A stretch of DNA of 64,000 nucleotides from NCBI GenBank assembly GCA_964367745.1, contig CAYIYK010000004.1, forward strand, positions 449 through 64,448, given 5' to 3'. Shown piece after piece: positions 7,410 to 18,800 of this stretch (position 1 is its first letter; each line of letters starts with the position of its first letter). Source of the stretch: an uncultured Candidatus Saccharibacteria bacterium. GTDB taxonomy: Bacteria; Patescibacteriota; Minisyncoccia; Phycocordibacterales; PALSA-1337. A program made the position numbers and the translations under genes. The notes under the pieces are model-generated. The model had not been told where the DNA came from. It saw nothing but the letters and a program-made list of their open reading frames with translations, and ran no database searches.

Positions 7410-10337
7410 CTAATTCCTTAGACTTTTCTTCATAGACTTCCCCAACAAACAATATTCACAATCTTTATCTCCGCAGTTTTTATCAAAGAAATCCAGATTG
7501 TATATTTCACTAGCTTTTTCTTTTATTAGAATCAAAAGTGCATCTACTTCTTCATCATTTATTTCAAATTTATCCTTTACATATTTACCATTTGATCCAG
7601 GTTCTATGAAATCAAGTTCTCCAGATTTCATTATGTATTTCTTTTTTTCATCCAATTGTAGTAGTAGTTTATAGAAACTAAGTTGCCTATGATAATTTTC
7701 TTTATTATCTGATTTTCTTTTTCCTGTTTTATAATCTACAACATTTACAACAGTATCATCTATGAATTCTATTTTATCTAGATTACCTTTTAAAATTAGA
7801 GTGAAATCTCCCCTTTTATCTTGTACTTCTACATGAACACCTCTAATACTATATTCTGTTAATAGATTGCGATTCCAAGTCCCCTTGTAAGCCTCAAAAT
7901 AGCCTTGTAGCGAGTCTTTTCCTTTATTTAGGCTATCTGATAAATCCGAAGGAGAAAGTAGGGTATTCTTTAGATTAAACTCAAATAGTGACAATAGATC
8001 TTGCAGATTCATATCTTGTTCTTCTTTGTATTTATTAAAAAATACTCTTAGAGTTTCGTGTATAGCAATACCGTACATTTGGTGTTTACTTTGTGCCTTT
8101 GGTAGACGAATAAGGTTTACGAAAAAATATTCCCAAGGACATTTTATATAGTTATTCAAAGCAGTTACAGCTAGTCCTTGTTCTAAAAATAGATTTTGCA
8201 AATATTGTTTATCACCAATTTCTTGATTTTTAATAACTGTTTTTTCTTTGAATTTTTCTTTTGTATTTATTTTATTTTCTATAATTGAAATCTCTTTATG
8301 TTCTGAAGATATTTCATCCAAAAATTGTGATGGTAATAGTTCTTTCCCTTCACTACTTTCTCTTGGATAAGTTATTACAACTTCTTTTCTGGCTCTTGTT
8401 AAAGCAACATAAAATAGTCTTCTCTCGTCATCCATATTTGCCTCAAAAGATTTAATAGTTGTAAAGAAGGTTCTCTTTATCTTGTTCCCCCAATGACCAT
8501 CATATACTCCGACTATATATACATATTCAAATTCCAATCCTTTCGATTTGTGTGCAGTCATAAGTCTTACCCCATCTTTCTCTAGAGCTTTACCGGTTTT
8601 AGTTAGTATTCCGTGTTCTCTTACTCTTTCTATATGTTCGATAAAATTTGAAAGATAGTATTGGCCTTTGGTATTTGATAGCTTTTTTATTTCATTAAAG
8701 AACATTTCTAGGACCGACATCTTCTCAAGTGAATCATCAGAAGAAAGTGCGTATTGTAAAAACCCTGATTCTCTAATAACAATTTCAAAAACATCCACGA
8801 AGGGTTTATTCATAGACAAACTAGCCCAAGTTGAAATTTTATCCGCAAGTTCAGGGAAATTCTCTTTTACCAAATCTATTAATTTTCTTTTTTCTTTTCT
8901 TGTTTGATCAAAGATTTTAAATATATCTATAGAATTTATATTAAAGAAATCTATAAATAAAAACTTGCCGAGCTTTTCTTCATTTGAAAGATCATTTATC
9001 AATTCAAATATCGTAATAAGCTTACAAACATTTTCATCTTTCAATATATCACTGTCACTTTCTACTCTATATGGAATATCATTTTTTGAAAAAGCATCAG
9101 CAATACTTATAACATCTCTATTGTCTCTATATAGAACGGCTATTTCACTTGGTTCTATACCCTTTTTAATTTTTTCTTTTATATTCTCAATAATAAAATT
9201 ATTCTCACTATCACTATCTATACATTCAAATATCTTTAACAATTCTTTACCTTTTTCCGCACGAGATTGTAGAGAGACTCTAACATAACCTTCAGGCATT
9301 ATGTTCTTTGAAATAAGTGAGTGCGAAGCGTCGAGTATTGTCTGTGTTGAACGATAATTTTCTTCGAGATCTATAACTACCGCATTTTTATATTTCTTTT
9401 TAAAATAAAGAAAGTTGTCTAGTGATGCACCTTGGAATCTATATATTGCCTGCTTCTCATCACCTACGATAAAAAGGTTTGGATTGTCATGGAAGTTTGA
9501 GAGTAATTCTAATATTGCATTCTGAGCATTGTTTGCATCCTGGTGTTCGTCAGCAAGTATATATTGATAGTTTTCTTGTAAAATCAAAAGTAAATCTTCA
9601 TCTTTTTTCAATGTCTTTATAACTTCGACTATCATATCTTCGAAATCATAGAATTTATTTTTCTCTAATGCTTTTTCATATTCTTTATACAAAACTAAAA
9701 GCTCTTTATTCTTTTCAATTCTTTCTCTTATCTTTATATACTCACCTTTCATTTTGCCTTTATGAGCACCTTTTGCATGAACTTTTTCTGGTATATCTTC
9801 GAATTCTTTTTCTTGTTTAATTATGATATTTTCAAATTCAAAAGCTCCTATAGCTTCCCTCTTTAGATTTCTTATTTCAGATAGACTAGGTTTAACATAA
9901 AAGAAAATATCACCATAAGGTTTTAGCATTGCGAAATCATTTTTCTCAATTATCTTTTCCATTAGGGCAATCTGATCTATTTCTGTAATTGCTTTTGATC
10001 CTATGATTCTTGGGAATCTTTCTGGATACTGTTTTATAACTTCATTACAAAAACCATGGAATGTACTTATATTTACTTTATATCCATCAGTACCAACTAT
10101 CGATACTAGTTTTTTCCTCATTGCATAAGCGCCTGATTCAGTGAAAGTCAGTGCCAAAATATTCTCAGGTGAAGTGTCAGACTGTTTTAATATATTGGCA
10201 ATACGTAAAGTCAAAATAGAAGTTTTACCAGTTCCAGGACCAGCTATAACCATAACAGGACCATCGATTGTATCGACAGCCTGTTTCTGTGCTTTATTTA
10301 AGCGTGAGTATTGTTGGGTGAAATCATTATTATCCAT
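7410..10337 (-). CDS. UvrD/PcrA-family ATP-dependent DNA helicase fused to a C-terminal Cas4/AddB-like PD-(D/E)XK nuclease domain with a four-Cys (Fe-S type) signature
   Basis: Walker A AGPGTGKTS, helicase motifs, and a C-terminal region with CPWEYFF ... DYKTGK ... QLSFYKLL ... CGDKDCEYC. Confidence 0.85.
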   Translation of the reverse strand: MDNNDFTQQYSRLNKAQKQAVDTIDGPVMVIAGPGTGKTSILTLRIANILKQSDTSPENILALTFTESGAYAMRKKLVSIVGTDGYKVNISTFHGFCNEVIKQYPERFPRIIGSKAITEIDQIALMEKIIEKNDFAMLKPYGDIFFYVKPSLSEIRNLKREAIGAFEFENIIIKQEKEFEDIPEKVHAKGAHKGKMKGEYIKIRERIEKNKELLVLYKEYEKALEKNKFYDFEDMIVEVIKTLKKDEDLLLILQENYQYILADEHQDANNAQNAILELLSNFHDNPNLFIVGDEKQAIYRFQGASLDNFLYFKKKYKNAVVIDLEENYRSTQTILDASHSLISKNIMPEGYVRVSLQSRAEKGKELLKIFECIDSDSENNFIIENIKEKIKKGIEPSEIAVLYRDNRDVISIADAFSKNDIPYRVESDSDILKDENVCKLITIFELINDLSNEEKLGKFLFIDFFNINSIDIFKIFDQTRKEKRKLIDLVKENFPELADKISTWASLSMNKPFVDVFEIVIRESGFLQYALSSDDSLEKMSVLEMFFNEIKKLSNTKGQYYLSNFIEHIERVREHGILTKTGKALEKDGVRLMTAHKSKGLEFEYVYIVGVYDGHWGNKIKRTFFTTIKSFEANMDDERRLFYVALTRARKEVVITYPRESSEGKELLPSQFLDEISSEHKEISIIENKINTKEKFKEKTVIKNQEIGDKQYLQNLFLEQGLAVTALNNYIKCPWEYFFVNLIRLPKAQSKHQMYGIAIHETLRVFFNKYKEEQDMNLQDLLSLFEFNLKNTLLSPSDLSDSLNKGKDSLQGYFEAYKGTWNRNLLTEYSIRGVHVEVQDKRGDFTLILKGNLDKIEFIDDTVVNVVDYKTGKRKSDNKENYHRQLSFYKLLLQLDEKKKYIMKSGELDFIEPGSNGKYVKDKFEINDEEVDALLILIKEKASEIYNLDFFDKNCGDKDCEYCLLGKSMKKSLRN

Positions 10338-10358
10338 ATAAAGATATTATACACTTTG

Positions 10359-10386
10359 TTGACAAGAAATATGAGTTTGATAACAT
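10359..10386 (+). promoter_or_regulatory. Sigma70-like promoter candidate (TTGACA-16nt-TAACAT) facing a downstream intrinsic terminator
   Basis: TTGACA at 10359-10364 and TAACAT at 10381-10386. No plus-strand CDS follows. Confidence 0.3.
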
Positions 10387-10467
10387 AAGAACATAATCCT
10401 TGCGAATCATTAAGGAAACTTAAGCAGGTTCGATCGACACTATTGTTGATGGCAAGAATTTCACAAG

Positions 10468-10490
10468 CCTCCTTCGGGAGGTTTTGTGTT
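10468..10490 (+). terminator. Intrinsic terminator (CCTCC-TTCG-GGAGG + TTTTGTGTTT), oriented for the plus strand; abuts the stop of the minus-strand hypothetical gene
   Basis: Perfect 5-bp GC stem with a UUCG tetraloop and a U-tract on the plus strand only. Confidence 0.5.
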
Positions 10491-10864
10491 TATTCTTTCA
10501 TGATACTGAAAAAGTGAATTGTTCCGTTGTTTAACCTTCTTAGAATTATTCTAATACATAAACCATCATTTATTCTATGCTTTATCGTCCAAAAATATGC
10601 TATTGATTGTTTCTTAACACTTTTTTCTTCATTATCTACAGTCTTGGTCTTTCTGAGTATACTTGAAACGTAGATTAAAAGATTAAATCTTTTTATAACT
10701 TCATCTCTAGGTCTAGGAATACGATCCTTATACACTATATGATTCAGACCGTAATCATTAAAATAAATCTTCTCACTCAAAAAAGCCGGACACTTCACGT
10801 TTCCGAGCTTTTTATATTTATTCTCTTCGTTTACCAAATATTTATTCCAATCCTCATCATTCAT
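10490..10864 (-). CDS. Hypothetical basic protein (124 aa)
   Basis: ORF with coding-like composition. No recognisable family. Confidence 0.4.
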   Translation of the reverse strand: MNDEDWNKYLVNEENKYKKLGNVKCPAFLSEKIYFNDYGLNHIVYKDRIPRPRDEVIKRFNLLIYVSSILRKTKTVDNEEKSVKKQSIAYFWTIKHRINDGLCIRIILRRLNNGTIHFFSIMKE

Positions 10865-10992
10865 CTACAAACCCTATCAAGACCAAATAAAATCCGTATT
10901 AAATATTTATAAAATCTAAATAAAATTTTTATTAGTATTTAATATTTTTTACGACACCCAAAGAATCATATATATTGTCGCGTTTTATTTTA

Positions 10993-11295
10993 TTAATTAG
11001 CGTATGTAATTAAAATAACAATTATTGCTACACAACAGTACACAAGATTTATCCTAAAAACTTTTTTTATTTTAATTGGATCATTTTTTATGTAGGCCAA
11101 AATACTTTTTACAACCAAGAATAACCCAGTAAATGTCGTTAATATATTAATCTTTGGCAAAATTACACACTGAACTACTTGTTGTTTTTCAACAAACATA
11201 CAGCCAAGAGTCGAAAAAAATCCCAAAGATGCAGACAGAAGAGTACTGATTAGACTAACAATTACAGGTAATATGATGTTTAGTCTTTTCATCAA
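10993..11295 (-). CDS. Hypothetical small membrane protein (about 3 TM)
   Basis: Hydrophobic segments. Lies upstream of, and in the same orientation as, rpoD. Confidence 0.4.
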   Translation of the reverse strand: MMKRLNIILPVIVSLISTLLSASLGFFSTLGCMFVEKQQVVQCVILPKINILTTFTGLFLVVKSILAYIKNDPIKIKKVFRINLVYCCVAIIVILITYAN

Positions 11296-11300
11296 TTATA

Positions 11301-12494
11301 CTAGTAATTCTTAAGCCTATTTATATTATCATGCTGTCTTATCTTCTCATGCGCTTTTGCTTCAATCTGTCTGATACGCTCTCGAGTTACACCAAATTCT
11401 TTACCTACTTCTTCTAGTGTATGAGTAACTCCGTCATTTAGACCATGTCTCATCTCTAGAATCTTTTTTTCTTTTTCTGATAGATCATTCAATATTGTAT
11501 TTACTTGATCTCTTAGTATTCTTCTTGATGATTCTTGATCAGGAGAAAGGATTTTATCATCAAAGAGGAAGTCTCCTAGAGTAGACTTTCCATCATCACT
11601 ATCATCTCCTACAGGACTTTCAAGAGACACAACGTCTTGGTCGATCTTCTCGATATTGTAAATTTTCTCAACATCAAGACCCATTTCTGTTGCTATTTCA
11701 TCAGCCAAAGGATCTCTTCCTAGATCTTGAGTTAGTCTTCTAACTACTTGTTTGTACTTCGCAATTGTTTCTACCATGTGTACCGGAACTCGAATAGTTC
11801 TAGACTGATCAGCTAGAGCACGAGTAATAGCCTGTCGTATCCACCAAGTAGCGTAAGTTGAGAATTTATATCCTTTTGTCCAATCGAACTTATCTACAGC
11901 TTTAAACAGACCTAGATTTCCCTCTTGAATCAAATCAAGAAGTGTAAGATCTGGACTTCTTCCTACGTATTTCTTTGCAATAGATACTACGAGTCGAAGG
12001 TTTGCTCTTGCCAATAGATTCTTTGCTTCTCTATCACCTTGTTCAATTCTTTTTGCCAATTCTTTTTCATTTACCGCAGAGATAAGAGAATATTGACCGA
12101 TCTCTTTCAAATACATTTGTATAGAATCGTATGAAGCATCACTACTTCTTGTACCATAAGAATATTTCTTTTGTGTTACAGGTATTTCTGGCTCAACTTC
12201 AAGTAGTCCTCCACCTTCCAGAACATCGATTCCTGCAACAGAAAACTTCGTATATAGTTCATCCAAGAAACTAATATCTTGTTCAATAGTTGGGAATTCT
12301 TTTAGAATTTCATCAAAAGTAACAAATCCTCTTTCTTTTCCTTTATTTATAAGCTTATTTGCTTTTGTATCAAATTCCTTTGATTTACTTTCTTTTTTAA
12401 CTGGTTTTGATGAAGCAGGTTTTGTTGTTTTCTTAGGTTTTGTAGATTTTACAGCCTTCTTTACTACCTTCTTATTTTTTTGTTTCTTTTTCAT
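11301..12494 (-). CDS. rpoD: RNA polymerase sigma factor RpoD (sigma-70), with a Lys-rich N-terminal extension
   Basis: Region 2-4 motifs ([13 protein letters not shown], region 4 HTH). Classic dnaG-rpoD linkage. Confidence 0.95.
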   Translation of the reverse strand: MKKKQKNKKVVKKAVKSTKPKKTTKPASSKPVKKESKSKEFDTKANKLINKGKERGFVTFDEILKEFPTIEQDISFLDELYTKFSVAGIDVLEGGGLLEVEPEIPVTQKKYSYGTRSSDASYDSIQMYLKEIGQYSLISAVNEKELAKRIEQGDREAKNLLARANLRLVVSIAKKYVGRSPDLTLLDLIQEGNLGLFKAVDKFDWTKGYKFSTYATWWIRQAITRALADQSRTIRVPVHMVETIAKYKQVVRRLTQDLGRDPLADEIATEMGLDVEKIYNIEKIDQDVVSLESPVGDDSDDGKSTLGDFLFDDKILSPDQESSRRILRDQVNTILNDLSEKEKKILEMRHGLNDGVTHTLEEVGKEFGVTRERIRQIEAKAHEKIRQHDNINRLKNY

Positions 12495-12504
12495 ATTTAA
12501 TATA

Positions 12505-14265
12505 TTAAATTCCCTTTTTTAATAAATTTTCTATTTCTTGTCTTCTTTTTATCAATCTATTTAATTTCTCTTGATCAGATGGAATTCCTGATTTCATCAC
12601 TTCAGCAAATTCTTCTCTTACTATATCGTCCTCAAAATTTATCATGAGCTCATTTAGGCTTTCATGTAAAATCTTTTTTAAATCCTTAATATTTTCTTTA
12701 TTAGTACCAAAAGTTATTTCGGCCTCTAAAAGTAGCTCATTTTTAAATGGCTCTATGTTTTTTATTAGATTGTCGTACTTATCTCCCGAGATTTGTTTAA
12801 TGGTAGCTATATTGCTATCTACATTTATACTTAAATCCGGATTTTTTTCTAAATAATAAAATAAGCCAAACAGTTTTCTGGTTATAGTATCAAGTCTCGA
12901 AGAATTATTTTTAATTTGTTCCTCTTTTTTTACTTGTACTACTTCATTCTTAATCAAAGATTCTGCTTGTTTTAAATCTTCTCTTATTGAATCTTCAGAA
13001 ATACCTGTTTTCTCTTTTATTAACTTTATATAGTGTGCTTTTTCCATCGCGCCTGTAAGAGGAGCAATAAATGGAAATACATTATCCCGAAGTGCTTGTG
13101 GAAGCTTTCGTGGATCAAGTTTTTGTGAAAGCACAGTATCAATTTGAAATTCTACCACAGGTTTGGAATTTCGCAAGACATTCTTCCATGATTCAGGATT
13201 AGATAGAACTAGATCAGCTGGATCCTTACCATCTGGCAAATCTGCTATCTTTACATCCATACCTAGACTAAGAGCAATACGAGCTGAACGCATAGCTGCT
13301 TTCCTACCAGCATTATCAGAATCAAAAGCTAAAATGATATTGTTTGAAAGTCTTTTTACAATACCTAGATTGTTTACCACATTTTCTTTTGAAAAAAGTG
13401 AATCAGCTAGCGCTGTGCCTGATACTGCTACAGTATTCTTTATACCAGCTTGATGCGAAAGCACTAGATCCATTTGCCCTTCAACTAGAATTGAATAGTT
13501 CTTTATTCTTATATCTGTTTTTGCTTTATCAATACCATAAAGTACAGTTGATTTGTTAAAAAGTATTGTATCTGGGCTATTTAGATATTTTGCAGATTTA
13601 CCATCATCAACAAGTATTCTTCCTGAAAAAGCTATTACCCTACCTCCTGAATCAGATATTGGAAACATTATTCTTCCACGGAATCTGTCATAGTATTCTT
13701 TTTTTATTCCACCTATTTCATCTGGCTTTTTTATTAACCCTGCTTTTTCAATATCAGAATCCAAATATTTTTTGCCTTTCAAATATGTATAAAGCAATCT
13801 CCAATCTGCAGGAACATAACCAATGCGGAATGATTTTGCTGTTTCTTCTGTAATTCCCCTAGATTTTACATAGTCTATTGCTTGTTGAGATTTCTTTAGA
13901 TTTTCTTCAAAAAAAACTGTTGTGTCTTCTATTATTGCTAGCAATCTTTCCTTTTCACTTTTATTTAAATCATTATTTTTATCAAATTCTATACTTACTC
14001 CTGCGCGTTCAGCTAACATTTTTAAAGAACCCATGAAGTCTAATCCTTCGAATTGTTGTACGAAGTTAAAAATATCTCCTTTTGCCCCACAACCGAAACA
14101 ATAATATCCTCCACGATCAGGTGACACATAGAAAGAGGGAGTCTTTTCATTATGAAATGGGCATTTACCTTTTAGATTCTTGCCCGCTCTTTCGAGTTTT
14201 ACATAAGAACCTACGACTTCTTCTATGCCGAGCCTCTCTTTTATTTTTTCCACGTTTGAAGACAT
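12505..14265 (-). CDS. dnaG: DNA primase
   Basis: Zinc ribbon [13 protein letters not shown]...CFGCG and TOPRIM EGQMDLV. The start is placed at [10 protein letters not shown] (14265); the longer ORF to 14400 is unlikely. Confidence 0.9.
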   Translation of the reverse strand: MSSNVEKIKERLGIEEVVGSYVKLERAGKNLKGKCPFHNEKTPSFYVSPDRGGYYCFGCGAKGDIFNFVQQFEGLDFMGSLKMLAERAGVSIEFDKNNDLNKSEKERLLAIIEDTTVFFEENLKKSQQAIDYVKSRGITEETAKSFRIGYVPADWRLLYTYLKGKKYLDSDIEKAGLIKKPDEIGGIKKEYYDRFRGRIMFPISDSGGRVIAFSGRILVDDGKSAKYLNSPDTILFNKSTVLYGIDKAKTDIRIKNYSILVEGQMDLVLSHQAGIKNTVAVSGTALADSLFSKENVVNNLGIVKRLSNNIILAFDSDNAGRKAAMRSARIALSLGMDVKIADLPDGKDPADLVLSNPESWKNVLRNSKPVVEFQIDTVLSQKLDPRKLPQALRDNVFPFIAPLTGAMEKAHYIKLIKEKTGISEDSIREDLKQAESLIKNEVVQVKKEEQIKNNSSRLDTITRKLFGLFYYLEKNPDLSINVDSNIATIKQISGDKYDNLIKNIEPFKNELLLEAEITFGTNKENIKDLKKILHESLNELMINFEDDIVREEFAEVMKSGIPSDQEKLNRLIKRRQEIENLLKKGI

Positions 14266-14357
14266 ATATAGTGTATATAGTATATAGGTTTTAAAAACTA
14301 TGTCACTAATATAAACAAATCCCCCTTTCCTTGCGGATTGGGGGGATGAACTCATGT

Positions 14358-14588
14358 TCAACATTCTACATATGAATAAGCTGGGTTGGATCTTAGACAC
14401 TCAACAACCACTACTTCTGAGATAACAACGTAAACATCCAACAACTCGCCTGCACTTACCTCAATGTGTACGATACTATCATTGATTTCGGTGATAGTAC
14501 CATTGATAGTATGACCAGACCTTAACACCAATGTCAGTAATTTTCTTGATTTACTGAGTGCTACCAAAATTTGTTTAATATCCTTCAT
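14358..14588 (-). CDS. Small Sm-like (Hfq/LSm-type) putative RNA-binding protein
   Basis: 76 aa. LLTLVLRSGHTINGTITEINDSIVHIEV resembles the Hfq Sm1 segment ([26 protein letters not shown]). Confidence 0.35.
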   Translation of the reverse strand: MKDIKQILVALSKSRKLLTLVLRSGHTINGTITEINDSIVHIEVSAGELLDVYVVISEVVVVECLRSNPAYSYVEC

Positions 14589-14656
14589 TATTATCCTATT
14601 CGTTAGGTAATTCCAACAAAACTTTACATTATTAAAAATTAATTGTCAAATTTATT

Positions 14657-15262
14657 TTAATCTTTTAAAAAACTCCTTCTATGTAGATCTATCAAGCCGT
14701 ATTTATCTATCGCTTCATAATGCCCTTTTGTTCCATATCCTTTATTTACATCAAGTTTATACTGGGGGTATTTTTTTGAAAGTTTTATCATTTTTCTATC
14801 CCTCAAGACCTTTGCACAAATTGAAGCTAGTGCAATAATCTTTTCTTTTTCATCACCTTTTATTATTGTCTTTTGATTTATATATTCTTTTGGCGCTTTC
14901 AACCCGCCATCAAGTAAAACTTTAGTATTTTCTTTTTTTAAATTATTTCTTTCAACCAATTTATCTACAGAAATCCTTAATGCATTTTTTATTGCAAAAG
15001 AAAGACCCTTTTTATCAATTATTTTCTCTGATTGAAATACTACGCTAAAATCTACCAGACCTTCATCACGAATCTTCTCTATTTTTTTAAACCATTCTTC
15101 CCTATCTTTTTCTTTGAGTTGTTTTGACTCTTTAACTTTTGAAAACAATCTCAGAGCTTTTTTGTCTAGCACAACAAAAGAACCCACTGCTACCGGTCCA
15201 GCAATGGGTCCTCTTCCTACCTCGTCGATTCCTATGGTGTGTGTAGATTTCTTAGGTATCAA
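14657..15262 (-). CDS. rnhB: Ribonuclease HII
   Basis: GIDEVGRGPIAGPVAVG N-terminal catalytic motif. Confidence 0.9.
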   Translation of the reverse strand: MIPKKSTHTIGIDEVGRGPIAGPVAVGSFVVLDKKALRLFSKVKESKQLKEKDREEWFKKIEKIRDEGLVDFSVVFQSEKIIDKKGLSFAIKNALRISVDKLVERNNLKKENTKVLLDGGLKAPKEYINQKTIIKGDEKEKIIALASICAKVLRDRKMIKLSKKYPQYKLDVNKGYGTKGHYEAIDKYGLIDLHRRSFLKD

Positions 15263-15267
15263 AAGAA

Positions 15268-15810
15268 TTATTTATTTGTAGGATCACCCCAACATCCAGG
15301 ATTCGGCCATGTACCACTTACTGAAGTTCCTCTTGACGTTCTTCCGTTATGGCCAGCACAGTAATAATCATTCCCAGTACCTGAAGGCAATCTACCAATA
15401 ATTGTAAACGATGACCCAGCAACAGCAGTTACCGCATTACTAACCGCACCCACGAATAATCTTTGCCCAGTACTAGATAAATCAGATCTAATTTTGTTGC
15501 ATATTTCAATTACATTTGTAGCATATTTTGAATTTGGAGTACCAGTTGTTGATGGAAATCTATTAATATCACAATTATAAGTATCATCTAATATCCACCC
15601 ACCTTGGAGATTTGAGTATGAGCCAGTATCAGAAAATTCTAGATTCATGAGATTTCTAATTTGTAATATACTAGATACAATAGCTGTATCCCTCGATCTA
15701 TTTCTAGCTGTACTCAAACTCGCCAAAACTACACTTGAAAGCAATCCGATAATTGAAATCACAACCAACAATTCAACTAATGTAAAACCTCTAGTTTTAT
15801 TTATTTTCAT
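15268..15810 (-). CDS. Type IV pilin / pseudopilin with prepilin N-methylation motif
   Basis: KTRGFTLVELLVVISIIG class III signal peptide followed by a variable globular domain. Confidence 0.8.
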   Translation of the reverse strand: MKINKTRGFTLVELLVVISIIGLLSSVVLASLSTARNRSRDTAIVSSILQIRNLMNLEFSDTGSYSNLQGGWILDDTYNCDINRFPSTTGTPNSKYATNVIEICNKIRSDLSSTGQRLFVGAVSNAVTAVAGSSFTIIGRLPSGTGNDYYCAGHNGRTSRGTSVSGTWPNPGCWGDPTNK

Positions 15811-15873
15811 GCAATTATATTAACATAAGACAATTGTATAGGTACAGTGTATAACTTTTGTTATAATAAAAAT

Positions 15874-18800
15874 ATGAGTCGTTTTATACATCTACATACA
15901 CATAGCCATTACTCTCTGCTTAATGCTTTACCCAAAATCGACGATCTATTGGACGAAGCAAAAAAGAACAATATGCCTGCCCTAGCACTTACAGATGCAG
16001 GAAACCTATATGGAGCAATAGAATTCTATAAGACTGCCAAGAAAAAAGGAGTCAAGCCTATTATGGGTGTAGATTTCTACGTTGCAGTGAGAACAAGGAA
16101 AGACATGCAAGCTGGAATAGATAATAGACGCACACGTTTAGTTCTACTAGCGAAGAATCACGATGGTTTTAAAAATCTTATCAAACTTGTTACCGATTCA
16201 TATTTTGAAGGATTTTACTATAAACCACGTATAGATAAAGAACTGATAGAAAAATACAATAAAGACCTCATTTGTATAGCTCCTTCTTTTTCTAGTGATA
16301 TTTCAAACGCTTTGAAAAATAAAAATGTAGAAAAAGCAAAAGAATGTATTGATTTTTATAAAAAAGTATATGGTAATGAAAACTTCTTTATTGAGATAAC
16401 CCGACACCCAGAAATACAAGGACATGAGGGACTTATGCAACAACTCATAAAACTCTCAAAAGAAACTAATACTCAGATAGTAGCCGCGCACGATGTTTAC
16501 TATATAAATCAAGACGATAAATCTGCTAGAGATATGCTTCAACTAGTAAATACTTCTGGCGATATGTCTGATAAGAATACATCAGGATCTATGGAAGGTT
16601 CTGATGAAGAAAACTTTTCTTTTATAAACGAAGAGAGAGCAATAGAGCTTTTCCACGATATTCCAGAAGCGATTGAAAATACAGTAAAGATAGCAGATAT
16701 GTGCAATGTAGAGATTGTCTTAGGTAAATGGTATTTCCCAGATTTCAAAGTAGCTAGTGGACTAACTCATGATGAAGAATTGAGAAGAATTGCATATGAA
16801 GGTATTCCAAAACGTGGATTGGAATTAACAAAAGAAGTGACTGATAGATTGGATTATGAATTGAAAGTTATTGGAGATAAAGGTTATGCCCAATATTTTC
16901 TTGTAGTGTCAGACCTACTCCGATATGCTCATGAAAATAAAATCCTTACAAATATTCGAGGATCGGTTGCGGGTTCACTTACTACTTATGTAACAAGAAT
17001 TACAAATGTGGATCCTTTGGCTTACAAGCTTCCATTCGAAAGATTCCTAAACCCAGAAAGACCGTCAGCTCCCGACATCGACATGGACTTTGCCGACAAT
17101 CGTCGCGACGAAGTTATTGATTATGCAAGAAAAAAGTATGGTTACGACAAAGTAGCACAGATAGGTACATTCGGTACTATGATGGCAAAAGGTGCAGTAA
17201 GAGATATAGCGAGGGCTATGGGTTTTCCATATGATACTGCAGATAGAATATCGAAATTAATTCCTCTAGGTGCGCAAGGTTTCCCTATGACTATCGATAA
17301 AGCAATAGCGGAAGTACCGGAATTAAAACAAGCATACGAAAGCGAGCCTGATACAAAAAAAATTATAGACATGGCAAAGAAAATCGAAGGTTGTGCAAGG
17401 CACATCTCCGTACACGCTGCTGGTGTTGTAATTTCTCCTGATGCACTTACAGAGCATGTACCACTACAGTACGATACAAAGAATAAAGAAGATGCAAATG
17501 GCAATCCAATAAGGAAAATTATCACTCAGTACGATATGCATGCAGTTGGTGAAGACGGAGTAGGATTGTTGAAATTTGACTTCCTTGGAATCAAAAACCT
17601 ATCGATCTTAGCCGATGCAGTAGATCGCGTAAAGAAAATCGAAGGAATTGATATTGATATAGAAAATATTCCGAGAGATGATAGAAAAACTTTTGAAATG
17701 CTAGCTCGAGGTGAGACTATAGGTCTTTTCCAATTGAATGGAAGTGGAATGACAAAGTTTCTTGTAGAACTAAAACCTTCAAGAATACATGACATAAATG
17801 CCATGGTGGCACTATATCGACCTGGACCTCTAGAATCTATTCCACAATATATAGAAAGAAAACATGATGAATCAAAGGTTGAATATCTAGATCCAAGAAT
17901 GAAAGATATCCTAGATATGTCTTATGGAGTTATCACATACCAAGACGACGTTATGATGATCGCTATAAAACTTGCTGGATATTCTTGGCTTGAAGCAGAC
18001 AAACTTCGAAAAGCTATGGGTAAAAAAATTCCAAAAGAAATGGAAGAACAAAAAGAAAAGCTACTGACCGGTTTCGTAAAACACGGTATGGGTAAAAAGA
18101 ATGCAAACACTCTTTGGAAACTTATCGAGCCTTTCGCTGCTTATGGATTCAACAAAGCACATGCTGCAAGTTATGGATTGGTTGCATATCAGACTTCATA
18201 TATGAAAGCCAATTTCCCTGCTATATATATGTCTGCGGTACTTACAGCTGAATCTGGCGATGTAGAGAAAATTGCTGAAATAATTGCAGAGTGTAAAAGA
18301 ATGAGTATTCCAATTCTTCCACCTGATATAAATGAAAGTTTCAGTCAGTTTACAGTAGTAAAAGGTGGGGGAACTATTTCTTCACAAGCCCGAGGATTGT
18401 CTGAGCGTAGCGACAGCGAAGCGAGTTCCGCAGGGCGAAGTGAGGATATAGTTCCTCCGACCGAAACACAACCAATCAAAGATACTATTCGTTTTGGACT
18501 AGTAACAATTAAAAACTTTGGACAAGGAATATCTACTGCGATAATCGACGAAAGAAAGAAAAATGGTCCATTCAAGTCTCTAACTGATTTCCTTGATCGA
18601 GTAAAAGATAAAAATCTAAATAAAAAGTCTCTTGAAGCTTTGATAAAAGCTGGAGCAATGGATCGATTTGGTATCGACCGTGGTGTTCTCCTTGGAAACC
18701 TAGAGACCCTTCTCGCACACAATAAAGAAAAGTTAAAGCAATCGGATAATCAAGATTCATTATTTGGTCTGATGTCGGATACATCTTCTATACCAAGTCT

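Noticed and set aside
10468-10490. The hairpins at 10468..10490 and 25347..25373 as ordinary terminators of the adjacent minus-strand genes only
   Set aside because: Not fully rejected. The U-tracts are on the plus strand only and each is preceded by a TTGACA-type promoter, so the plus-strand sRNA interpretation is kept as a finding. Minus-strand termination remains possible.
18364-18480. Intein in dnaE
   Set aside because: The insert is only about 35 aa. It is low-complexity and lacks intein splicing motifs (no C/S...HN C/S/T junctions).
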